A stretch of DNA of 64,000 nt, from positions 186,001 to 250,000 of the forward strand of contig ML978132.1 in NCBI GenBank assembly GCA_010015805.1, written 5' to 3'. Source of the DNA: Rhizodiscina lignyota (taxonomy: Eukaryota). This document shows positions 46,490 through 57,975 of the stretch, piece after piece. How positions within the stretch are numbered: position 1 is the first letter of the stretch; each line of letters begins with the position of its first letter. The notes beneath the pieces are model-generated. The model ran no database searches. It had not been told where the DNA came from and saw nothing but the letters and a program-made list of their open reading frames with translations. The translations under genes and the position numbers were made by a program.

Positions 46490-47101
46490 CTAGTTCCGGG
46501 CCTGGAGAACGGTTCAGCAGGTGATCCTTTACAAATCTAAAGGATCTCTTCCTTACCTCTAAGAATCCATTGACAAAGTTGTTCGGTAATCTCGCCTTCG
46601 GGTCCTCCTCTGCCCGGAAGTACTTGAGCACATGTGTTATCTGCTTCCAGAAGTTCATCGTCTCCTGTCATAGTGTGAGCCTGTGTCCTCTTATATCCCT
46701 ATCATGCTTTATCCTGCATTACCTGGTATTCAGCGTGCGAGTGAAATAGTAAGACGTCAACGGCAGGTAGCTGCGCGACGTATCGATGCCTCTCAAACTC
46801 TTGTCGCATCTTCGTCCGGATTGTGGATACCGGGACGTTGAGTGTGTACTGTGTCTGGATCTCCGGCGCCTGGGATCATCATGTATCAGTCTCGGGCAAT
46901 ACGCTCTATCACTGCCCTTGACGTCTAGGCAGAGTCCATGAACATACCGCTCTAAGCCATTCCCGGTATGACTTGAGGACCCGCGATTTGGCGTCGGTCC
47001 AATTGACCGCTGTCTCGAGCGTTAGCGAACCTTGTGGCTCTAGAAGGACATAGAAGCTTACAAGAGCGTGTCCTCTGCGCCAAATACGTTGGATTGATCA
47101 T
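46490..47101 (-). CDS. NDUFA6: Complex I accessory LYR subunit NB4M/NDUFA6 (4 introns)
   Basis: [39 protein letters not shown]...RQEFERHR...[14 protein letters not shown]...GFLE/ARN. Confidence 0.92.
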
Positions 47102-47357
47102 CTTGGGTTCGTTGTTGGGGTCACAAGAGCAAGCTCTCCGCAATGAGGTGAAGCTCATGCGGCGGAGGTATCTCGGGTGGCAAAACGTTTCCCCGATTCT
47201 CTACAAAAGTTCCATGCTTGCGGAGGCAACTACACCTACTTCATCCACGCCTCGAACAAGACTCTCAAGGTTTCAAACGCAGCTCGAAAGCTCGGCTGTA
47301 TCTTGTTTGGCTACACTAGACTGTCTCGAAGTTTGCAGATACCCAAATTCTCTCAAA

Positions 47358-47804
47358 ATGCCGCCAGTACGCACGTCACGCAACCGCAAACCCCCACCAG
47401 CCGGGTTCGAGGACATCGAAGACACGCTCCTCGAATTCGCCAACGCGATGAAAGACGCTGAGAATGCGTCGCACGAGGGCAAGAAGCGGCATGAGATGCT
47501 GGCCCCGATCTTCCAAATCACGCACCAGCGCTCGCGCTACATCTACGACCTGTACTACGAGAAGGAGGCCATCTCGAAGCAGCTGTACGACTGGCTGCTG
47601 AAGAACGGGTACGGCGACGCGAACTTAATTGCCAAGTGGAAGAAGCCCGGCTACGAGAAGTTGTGCTGCCTGAGGTGCATACAGACGAAGGAGACGAACT
47701 TCAATGCAACGTGCATCTGTCGCGTGCCGAAGGATCAGCTGAAGGAAGGGCAGGAGATTCAGTGCGTCAACTGTGCCTGTCGAGGATGTGCGTCAAGTGA
47801 TTAG
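47358..47804 (+). CDS. BUD31: Splicing factor Bud31/G10 (Cwc14)
   Basis: HQRSRYIYDLYY, LIAKWKKPGYEKLCCLRCIQ, CICRVP, CVNCACRGCASSD. Confidence 0.97.
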   Translation: MPPVRTSRNRKPPPAGFEDIEDTLLEFANAMKDAENASHEGKKRHEMLAPIFQITHQRSRYIYDLYYEKEAISKQLYDWLLKNGYGDANLIAKWKKPGYEKLCCLRCIQTKETNFNATCICRVPKDQLKEGQEIQCVNCACRGCASSD

Positions 47805-48864
47805 GAGACTTTAAAGGTCCAGAAGCATTTGGTATAAGACTGGAATCGTGGGATATGCATGTGGCACGGCGTTTTGACGGATACTGGCTGGTGGGCATAC
47901 TGATGACCTGCTGAAGTCGAAAACTCGGGATAATTCATGATACCCAGGATTGCATAACTGGCATTTTGGAAACTGCAGCGTCGGCGTTGAATGGAATTCA
48001 AATCGAGGTACTGCCACGGAAGCGCAGAGTCCATGAAACATTCAGTCCAATTTCAAAAACCCTTCGTATTCTCCAATGCTGGGGAGCACGTTGGACATTG
48101 CCTCACTATAACGGCTACTCTTTTCCTACTCAGGGACGAATATATCATGGGATTACATGCTTCTGGCCGCGGATATCCTTCAGATACTAAATCCAGAAGC
48201 ACACGGTGGACCAACTTGTATTACCTTGAGTATCGACATTATTCTGTACGGATGAGCTTGGAACTTGAGGTCAGCTTGTGTTTGGTATTGTCCATCTTCC
48301 ACTCAGAGGTGGGCATTCCCTGAAGTTGGGTTACCTTGGTCACTGGCATTCTTCCGCATTGAGCGGGCATCACGACATGTTGTGTTGTATTGCGTATTTG
48401 CGGTCTTTGATGCAAAGCACAGGCAAAGGGGAGCGGAGCATTGCATGGCGAAGCCTATTTAAGATGTTTACGACAACATTCCATCGTATATGAACGGATA
48501 TCAAATATAATGCCGGTCCATCGACCATGTAGGCACTTTCATTTACATCTAGCCTTCCGCTTCCCTCTTATCTAGTGAAGCAAATCCCCGTCGAAATTTA
48601 GCCACGCTGTTTTTAGTATAGTTACATCGTCCCACCTCATGTATGACACGCATCGAGCTGTTCACCACTGACTTGTGTTTCTCGTGCGGCTCAATTTCGG
48701 CGAAGACTTTCAGCTGAACTTCTCAAACGAGACTTCTCCACTCCACGCTCGCCAATTGTGCGGTGCTCATATTCTTCGAATGTTTCTAAACTCTGAAATC
48801 ACCTCTCATTCATTCTGAATAATGTATATATCTGAAATGCCATTTCTTTGTGCGCTCTGAGACC

Positions 48865-50953
48865 ATGGCATCTCGTCTGTGTATTTATTGTCGCCAAATA
48901 CCTTTCGATGAAGACCTACAGACCGTCCGGGACAAATGTGGCTCCGATTATTGGCATGAAGACATAACCTATCCTGATCGTTGGGCGCTAGGCACTTACG
49001 AGAAAGTCCGAGAAAGGGACTGTCCCTTCTGCGAATTAGTGGTCTCCATCTGCTGGTCCAGCGTCGCTTCTTGGCTACCGGCAAAACCGCCACCACCGTC
49101 GGCGGAAATTGTAGTCAGATGGCAGAATGGCGGCTTTGTGGAACCAACATATTCGCCATTAGGCTCATATATTTGCTTGACTGGAGACGGACACAGTTCA
49201 AGAGCATACCGAGCTAGAGCAAGTCTCACTGAATGGATCGATCTCGATGATGTCCGTAGGTGGGTATCTAATTGCGACGTCAAGGATGGAGATTTCTGTT
49301 CTCCCGCGAGACATAACGCGTCTCTTCCCAAGAGTCATCAGAATATGGCTTTCAGGGTTGTCGACGTCGAGCAGATGTGTATCGTGTCCACGCGCATGCC
49401 CTGCAGGTACCTGGCATTAAGCTATGTCTGGGGAGAGCCAAACAGCAGGAGATTACTCTTGACTACAGAGAACAGAGAGTCCCTGATGCGGCCCGGCTCG
49501 CTCTCTAAGGTTCATGAACTCATCCCAGATACTATCCTGGATGCCATGACAGTAGTGCGGAGACTACATGAGCGTTATCTTTGGGTCGACAGTCTTTGCC
49601 TGATCCAAGACGACGTCCGGGAGCTAGAAGAGTCTGTGGCGATTATGGACGCCTTCTACGAGATGTCCTACCTCACAATCGTCGCTGCTAGCGGCTCCAA
49701 CGCATATGCTGGACTTCCAGGTATCCCTCCGACACCTAGAAATCCCGCTCGACTTGTCAGAGAGGTTGTGCCTGGGGTGGATTTGACCACTATTACCGAT
49801 ATGCATACATGGCTTCGACAATCGAAGTATGCTACGAGAGCCTGGACGTAAGTCATCAATGCGATGTTGTCGAGCTAAATGGGCTAATTGAAGCAGTATG
49901 CAGGAAGAGATTTTATCAAATCGGCATCTGATATTCGTTAACAACCAAGTGTTTTTCCAATGTCAGTTCGGTTTGTTTAGCGAGGCCATGAATGCCCGAG
50001 GACAAGAACTTGTCAACTTCGAGCACCCTGCGTCAATCTACGCAGGCGTCTTGCGGGATCCAGATGATGCCTCTTTCACGGATTTCTCTGTTAGCATGAT
50101 GTTGTACGGACAGCGGAATCTGACATACCAAAGCGATACCCTTCGAGCTGCACAGGGGATGCTCCGAAGATATTCACGACTGTCTGGAGCTACGCTTTTC
50201 GAAGGACTGCCGCTGCCGCTCGACCGCTCTATACTCTTCTTTAGAGACCCGAGAACTGCCAAACATACGGGTCGGCGGCGGCGAGGCTTTCCCAGTTATT
50301 CATGGACGGGCTGGGACTATGCTCCGCTCTGGGATAGCAGTCTCGAGTATCGCACTGTCGTACGCGATAGCGATACTGATAACGACAAGGGCCCTAAATA
50401 CCCTTTGCATGCATGGATATCATGGCATTGTAGGCTCGAAGACGGCACGATATCCAACGCGGAAAGCAATAAAATTTCTCCAACAATTCGTCGTGCTACG
50501 GCGGAGGAGGCTCTTAGCAAGTGCAATCAAGGATTTCAGGACATACCGATATCCATAAATGACTTCGACTTCAATTCCATCGGAGCGACACATCTCCCAT
50601 ACCCAGTCTTATGTTTCTGGACCGTTTGCATCAATCTGCGGCTCACCAACATACAGCAGCATGACGATGAGGGCGAGGCGGGCGAGAATCCGCGTAGGCG
50701 ATACAACCTCGAGGTCGTTAACGAAACCGGACAGCGCCACGGCGTGATCGATATGGATAGTACCGGGGATGATGAGTCTCAGCAAGGCAAATTTGCATTG
50801 ATCGCTGCAGTAGACGATGGCTTCTGGGCACTCCTTCTGAAGTTTGATGACAACGGAATGGCAGAGCGGCGAGGTGTCGTCAAACTGTCCAAGGATGTCT
50901 TAGAACATTCATTACCGCCTGGACCGAGATGGCGCGAAGTCATATTGGGATAG
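48865..50953 (+). CDS. HET-domain protein (intron ~49848-49896)
   Basis: N-terminal CxxC...CPFC, YLALSYVWG, IPDTILDAM, YLWVDSLCLIQD, TRAWT/MQE, FPSYSWTGW. Confidence 0.93.
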
Positions 50954-51245
50954 GACAGAGGGTGAGAAAAAGTCTGGCAGCTGGAGGCTGGACGAGATAT
51001 AACGCGTGTGACCAAGTCTTGCATTAAAGGTTAGTGAAACTATATCTGAATGCTCACTTATACGTGCCTTGGAGTGTATACAATGATATCACCCCCGTTG
51101 AAAGACTTATGTTGTGTATTAGTTGTAGGGGCTATACGCAAAAGCCGCCAGCTGAATTGTAACGCCTAAAGGCGAGCTGCTCAACTTCTTGCACTCCGTA
51201 CAGTGGCCGTACTTGTGGCTGCCTCGAGGAAATGACTACTGACAG

Positions 51246-52348
51246 TCATCGCAAATTCGGACCAGGCCAGCTTGATTGCGCATTCAACGTTCCGGTCTGC
51301 ACACGGCCCATGAAGCAGTCCTGGCCGCAATTGGTGCAGTAATTGCACCGCATAGCCTGGCTATTGCCTTTCTTCCAGTCTTCCCACAAATCTGCGTTAC
51401 TACCCATCTTGCAGGGCATGAACTGGCCGCCATCGAACTCTTTGGCGTAGCGTGTGGTGCAACGCACGCAAGTGGACTTGGAGCGCTCAGAACTGTTGGC
51501 ATCGGCCAAACGCATGGCTTTCGCGCTCGAGTTGCAGCCATTGTCACAAAATGTCGAAGGGGAACTTAGGATCTGACATCTCTAGTTTTGCTCGTCGTCT
51601 CTGCTCCTACGTAACCCCACCGGCGACACACTTGCGTCCACTGCGTTCTATAGGGCACATTTGGAGGAATTGAGATGCCCCGTTCAGGCCGTTCCAAGAC
51701 ACAGCAGGAATATCCGGATGTCTAGAATATGCTTCGAGGTTGTGTGGTTTTGAATTTCTACACGCTGCTCCTTAAGGAAGCGAGACTGCCTCCGGAGGCT
51801 CACTTGTATGTGATCTGGAGTATACTAAACATTAGTGAGATTATCTCTGAAAGTTTACTTGTACGTGCTTTGGACTATACTAAATAATAGCGAACTCGTC
51901 GAAAACTTGCCTGTTGTTTACACTCAAGCACGATAGAGTACTTAGTCGCCAGGCAATCTACAAGACTGCAACGTCTTTCTCGCCATTACTCTTGCTCTTC
52001 AAGGTAAGTCAGAGCATCTCTGAATGGTTTAGTTCTACGCTCATTAGAGTATATTTGATTGTAGCAACACCGTTGACGAACTTGCACGCTGTATTAGATG
52101 TAGAGCCTATGTATATTGAAACCGCCGAGTAAGTTGTAACGTCTCAAGGCTAGCGACTCTTGCTATTTGAGGTCCGTGAAAGCGTCTTCGAAAGCTTCAT
52201 TCTACGCTTTTTGGAGCGTATCAAACAATAGCATACGGTTGCGAACTTACTATCCTTTGGTTGGTTGTAGAGGCTGTGCATCGCCACTGTCCGGCATATT
52301 GAAAGCTGCGGCTGACTTTTCCGTTACCGTCAAGTGTCCCCTTGCCAT
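51246..52348 (-). pseudogene. RIP-scarred gene relic ending in a Cys-cluster domain
   Basis: ATG 52348 opens a protein-like frame with repeated TAG/TAA stops; the C-terminal part has CVRC...GQFMPC...RCNYCTNC...C. Confidence 0.55.
51779..51884. repeat. Imperfect tandem duplication, period 55 bp
   Basis: 51779-51829 vs 51834-51884 align ungapped at 38/51 positions; 11 of 13 differences are transitions. Confidence 0.8.
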
Positions 52349-52637
52349 AATGACTGAAACTAGCCGAGAAACCTAATCTAGACACCAAAGTATGAAGGTG
52401 CGCAAGAGCTGTAAAGGCTACGTTGTTATGTAGCTGTGTTGTGTGGAATAGCAGTGATGTTTTGTAGATGCTATTCACGGTGTGGTACACGAAAACCACA
52501 TAGAATAATGATGTTTTCTCAAGATTGGTCACAACTTTTTATTGTCCATTGTACTATTAATGCAACCCAACAAATATATGTACGGATTTTGACTTGTCAG
52601 CCTCCCCTCTCTTACCCTCCTCGCTCCCACCCCGACA

Positions 52638-53477
52638 CTAGTTTTCCTCGCCCAGATAGTCGTACGCAAGGAAAAGATCTTCGTCCCAGAGCTCGTAGCT
52701 ACCGATGAGGCAGTCAGAGCCATCGAACGCGTCGCCCATGATGTCGTCGGCGGGAAAGTCGACGCCAAGCAACGGATCCTGTTCGAAGAAGGAGTTGAAT
52801 TCTTCCAACGAGATTGTCTGGCCTGGGAAGAGAGCGTCCAGGTCGAGCGGAGCCTCTGCGTCGAGAGGCATGGCTTGGCCGTATTGCGCATTGCCGTCGT
52901 CGAAGGGCAGGTTAAAGATGTCTTCGTCAAGGATAAACTCGACGTTGTCGACAGGCAATGGCATGATGGTTTGGCTCGCTGAGCCCTCGTCGTCGACGTC
53001 GAAGGGGTTGTTGTCGACGGCAGCATGTGGTGCAAAGTCCTGCGACAATTGCAGTCTTAGGACTTCTTGATACCTTAGTATCTCGTCGTCGGCATAGTAC
53101 GGGATGCGACCGGTAGCTGAGGTGCCATTGAGCAGGCCGGTGACAGCTGGTTGAGCAGGGGCCTGCGGGAAATGCAGCCCTGTAGGATTGTTCGCTGCTA
53201 AGATGGGTATTCGAAACCCAAGATTGAGAGGTGGATGGTCGCTGAATCCATACTCATGGAGGCCTCTTTCTCCACTCCTTGAATCCACATGAGATAGTAT
53301 GGCTGTCCTTCGCAAAGCTTCGATGACTCACAGAACGGGAATATCGGGGACGCGGGCTCCATTGCGGCTATGGATCTCGCGATAATGGATCTCCAAGTCG
53401 GCCTGACGGCCCCTGAAGTTGCAGCCCGGCAGTGGGCAAGAATGGTGACGGGCGGCACGTCTGTGTGATGGAGCCAT
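52638..53477 (-). CDS. Small protein with one N-terminal C2H2 finger and a very acidic C-terminus (probable 54-nt intron)
   Basis: MAPSHRRAARHHSCPLPGCNFRGRQADLEIHYREIH; a GTGAGT..AAG gap containing an in-frame TGA; D/E/F/L-rich tail. Confidence 0.65.
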
Positions 53478-54588
53478 CTTTCTTGATGGTGTGATGAAAG
53501 AGATTGAAAAAAAAGAAGATGCGTGAGAAGGAATTTGCGAGGAAATTTATATTAGAGAAGAGGATGTGTAACACGGCGATTCTCGTCGTGCCGAGTGTCT
53601 GGCGTGGCGTGGCGTTTCTGGCATGTGTTCTTTAAAGAAGCTGTGGCCAATCATATCTCTTCTCCACTTACCCACCAGGTGTTTGCGCGTTACATATAAA
53701 GAAAGAACACACAAAAGTGGGGCAAGGCACAATCTTCTGATCTGACTTGAGGTGTTTGGCTTGAAATGCGTGACGAGAACGAAACACCTAACTCCTGTAA
53801 TCCATCTGTGACTTCAATAGCTTTGACAGTGAATTTTGGTAATATAGAGAAAGCACTACCTAGTGCTCGTCGAAGTTTCTTGCACACATAATGAGCGTTC
53901 TCAGAGTGAGTAAACATCAAAGACGTCCGGATTGAAGGATCTTCGGCGGCCGCTGGCAGAACTCTCATCCTATGGCATCAATGGAAATCTCACCGCCCTC
54001 AAAGCACTGCTGTAAAGTTCGGCGTGCGCTCTTAGTGGCTCCGACATCGCCGATCCTTTCCCAATATCGGCATTCCCAAAAGGGCTTTGTTCGGATCTAC
54101 TCCGAGCTGGAAAGCCATCCCCGAGCATTTTCAGAACCTTGTTAGTACTTCGTCTAGGAGCATTCTTGTGCATTCACATATCCTTTGCACCAATGTAGTA
54201 GGAGGATGATGATTACTTAGCCAGTGGAATCGATGATATAATGCGCCACAGTGATAGGGTTACCAAGTATCAACAGGCCATGATTAGACCGTGCTTGTCA
54301 CAGTGCATACTCCATAACCAATTAGTGACGCGAGAAGATGGAGTTAAGGTAGATTCAGCGAGGGGTTCGGTCTTTGTAATGGCTCACCTGGGGCTGACCA
54401 TGTTTAGGTAAACTGCAATATCGAAACACTAGCGATGCCCGACTGAAGCCATGACGAGACACAAGAGGAGATATGTAGTATAAATCCAGCAGAAAATCTG
54501 CATTGGAGATTTAATTGGCATCAGAATTAGCATCAGAATCAACATAGCAAGAAACTCAAGAAAGAATCCAACTATCTACGGATCAACA

Positions 54589-55677
54589 ATGACTTCCACC
54601 AACAACGTCCTCCGCCAAATCGACGGCAAGATTCACCAAACCTCTATGCCGAATGCGTCTCTGAAACCAAATCAAGTCCGCGTCAAGATCACTCACAGTG
54701 GTTTCTGCGGCACTGACCATACGTATATGCCTTACGGTATTGCGCTCGGTCATGAAGGTGTTGGGACTGTCGAGGAAGTTGGAAGCAGCGTTACTGATCT
54801 CAATGTTGGAGACCGGGTCGGAGGCGGATACTATCGAGGCGTTCGTCTTCCTATTCATCAGTTAGGCCAATACCTATTCTAACAGTATTCAGAGCTGTGG
54901 GAAGTGCAAATATTGCACGACCGGCAGAGAATCCTGGTGCTACACCCGCGACATGTACGGCGAATCCAACACAGACAACGGCACCCTCTCCGATCACTTC
55001 ATCGCTGAAGAGACATACCTGTACAAGATCCCAGATAACATGCCTTCCGAGGAAGCAGCGCCGCTGCAGTGCGCTGGAGCGACCGTCTACAAAGCTCTAG
55101 TTGATCATATTAGGAGTGGTGATCGCGTTGGAATCCAAGGAATTGGAGGTTTGGGCCACCTAGCTATCCAGTTCGCAGCGAAACTGGGAGCAACAGTCGT
55201 CGTATTAAGTACCACTCGTAGTAAAGAGCAGGAAGCCAAGGACTTTGGTGCTCACGAGTTCTACCTTATGGACGAAGTTGAGAAGTTGTCGGCACCAATT
55301 GACCTGCTCATTCTCACCGGCTCCAGGTTTCCCGATTTCGAGAGGTATGTGAGATCACCAGGCGCAAGTGAGCTCGGCTAACGCCACAAAGATTCTTCAA
55401 GAAGGAGATCCTATCAAGAAACGCCACCATCGTACCGATTTCCGGCGATATGAATCAAATGGTCCTCCCAATGCCTTCCACTCTCTTCAATGGCTATAAC
55501 ATCTCGCCGAGCCTGGTCGCCGACCGCAAGACCCACAGGGACATGCTTAACTTCGCTGCCGTCCATCAGATTCATCCAGTGATTGAGCAGTTTCCTCTGA
55601 CCGTGGAAGGCCTAACTGAGGCGGTGAAGAAGATGGAAAGTGGACATCTGCGGTATCGCGCCGTTCTCGCGAATTAA
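54589..55677 (+). CDS. Zn-dependent (cinnamyl-type) alcohol dehydrogenase, MDR family (2 introns)
   Basis: CGTD, GHEGVG, CGKCKYC...C, APLQCAGATV, GIGGLGH, RYRAVL. Confidence 0.94.
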
Positions 55678-56050
55678 CGAGAGAAAGATGAAGTTCCTCA
55701 TGACTGATCTGGATAATAAATTTATAAGCGCTCTTCGATTTTCCTAGACCATAGGTTAATAAGAAATGTTTGACAATACTTTTCAACCGATCGTCTCGAC
55801 CTGCAGAACGAACACTCGAAGTCCAGCAAACAGAAGGCTGTATTTTCAGATTTGGCATGACAAGGACACACTACGCTAGATTGAATCGATTGAGCTCGGT
55901 GCGTTCGACTTCGAATTTAATCTGCTCCGCTTTGTTGAACCCGTGGGTTTGCCTGCCGGATATATGGATTGCGAGAGAGATGATTGAGGTTTGGTACCTA
56001 TCCAAAGTGCTATCGTACAAACAGTCAACCTCTCCTCATTCCTTCAACGC

Positions 56051-57420
56051 TCATGCTTGCTTCTTATGCACTACTGGGCCGTGACCCCTCTCTGCCAACG
56101 GCTTATGCTTCCAGACAGACTCTCTTGCACCTTCTCCGAGAGTATCTGTCTTGCTCTCCTCTTTCTTCTCAACTCCACTCTTATCACTCCGAAGGTCATC
56201 GCCAAGACCCAAATCCCAATACGGCTTCGTCCTTACTCCATCAACGACGCGCTCCTTGCCCTTCTTGGCGACCTCCTTCTCTCCATAGCTGATATCCTTC
56301 AGCTCATCCATCTCTTCTCCACCCGGGCTGACAATGTGCGCCCTGAAAATCTCGACGACCTCTTCCATTCCACCATCCAGTCTTGCCTGTTCCCATGCTG
56401 CTGCGGCCTTCCACCACCGCGCACGCATCACGTCGTCGAAGTTCTCGCGACCAGCCTCCACGGATTCAGAGACGCCCCTCGCCCAGGGCATGTCCATGCT
56501 ATAATGGAGATAATGGAAACCAACCACCAGATCATCCTTCCAGACATTCGGATGGGAGTCGCGCAAGGTCTTCGAAGCATTGTAGTACCACCGCAACGGC
56601 ACGAAGCCGTCCTTGAAGAAGTTGGTAAGGAAGTCTTGGAAGAAGGCATGGTCGGGGACTTCTGCTACTTTGCCAGAGGGTGTGAGATTGCGCAGTCTTG
56701 AGTGGATTGAATCTCGGAGTTCCCTGGAGGGATTGAAGACGAAGAGGCCACTGTTGATGAGATGATGTGTTCGTGGATCAGCCGCCGTTGGGTTTGAGCC
56801 AGCAAGAGCAGGTTGGTCTTGCTCTTTGGTATACGGGCAGTTTTCGGGCTCCCTGAAACACGCGTATCAGTAAGTTACTAAATACTTAAATGCAGAATTC
56901 CTTACCGTTCGTTTGGATCGAGGTTGCAACAACAAAGTTGCGTTGCCACCAGAGACACAGAAGACGTTAGAGCGTATGCGTAGCTGAAGACAGTATCCAT
57001 GTTCTTTAATACAAGCATATCCGCGTCAAGGTAGCACACCTTATCGTACTCGACCAATTCGAAGACGCGTAGCTTGGTCCAGGTATCACCAAAGCGTTCA
57101 TCAAGACTCTCTTCCTTTGTGGGGTCATCTAGAGGAGGTAATACCGTGTACACTTTGCGAAGGATGATGTTGGCCTGCTTAGACTCGAGCTCAAGGCAAC
57201 GTACCGCGTCTTCTTCGACCGAAGGAGTGTAGAGAACGATGAGGGGGAGTGTGGAACCGCATGTTTGAAGCGACCAGGCGAGAACGATGGCGCCAGCAAG
57301 ATAGCTGGAGTCCGTGACCAGTGTCGCATACGCGTGCTTGTAGGCCTCACCAGTGGAAAGACCCATGTAGAAGGATTTCCTGTCCCGGAAAGGGACAGGA
57401 TCGAAAGGCGAATGAGACAT
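56051..57420 (-). CDS. Glycosyltransferase family 8 protein (1 intron)
   Basis: AYATLVT..SYLAG, WTKLRVF, YLDADML (DxD), CCCN, INSGLFVFNPS, YNASKT. Confidence 0.9.
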
Positions 57421-57975
57421 CTGGTATATCGTCACACAGATTCAGAGCGAACTGAAGGACATGGGTAATCACGAGAAAAGAAGTTCGACTGTTTGTGTCA
57501 TATTGGTTGAAGTTGAAGAAAGCGGATGCGAAACTATTTGGGAAATTGCACTTTGAACGCGTCGTGCGCGTCGTGCGGTCTACTTCGCTTTGTGTCGGCT
57601 CGCGACGTCATCGATGAAGAATTGGTATTCCGTGAAGGTTGAGCCGTCTAATACGTGACTATCAGCTCCGTTCAAGTTGTCGTCCTTCAAACTAAAACGT
57701 ATGGGATTAAAAAGGAGCTCTGCTGGAGGTTCGTGAGGAAGGGCAGGAGCGTCATGTGTGTCTGTGGGTTAGGTCTTGGGAAAGGGGCTTCAATGTCATC
57801 CAAACCCATCCCCTGGCATCCAATTGTAAGCAAGAGCTTACATAAATTCAGTGGACTTGTCCAGAAAATTTCATACAACATGAGCATTTCGATACAAGAA
57901 TATAGGACTCGACCTTGCTACTTCACCGGAGCAGCTCTATCTGTGGATGGCGCGATGACTGCTATTCTTCGTTCT

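Noticed and set aside
47811..48500. Several short ORFs between BUD31 and the first HET gene
   Set aside because: No coherent frame, splice model or motif could be built.
53690..54300. Short minus-strand ORFs upstream of the ADH gene
   Set aside because: Possibly decayed coding sequence, but no recognisable domain and no consistent stop pattern.
55991..56701. 236-aa plus ORF and similar long antisense ORFs (e.g. 28534-29064, 52705-53070)
   Set aside because: Antisense shadows of real genes on the other strand, produced by codon bias.
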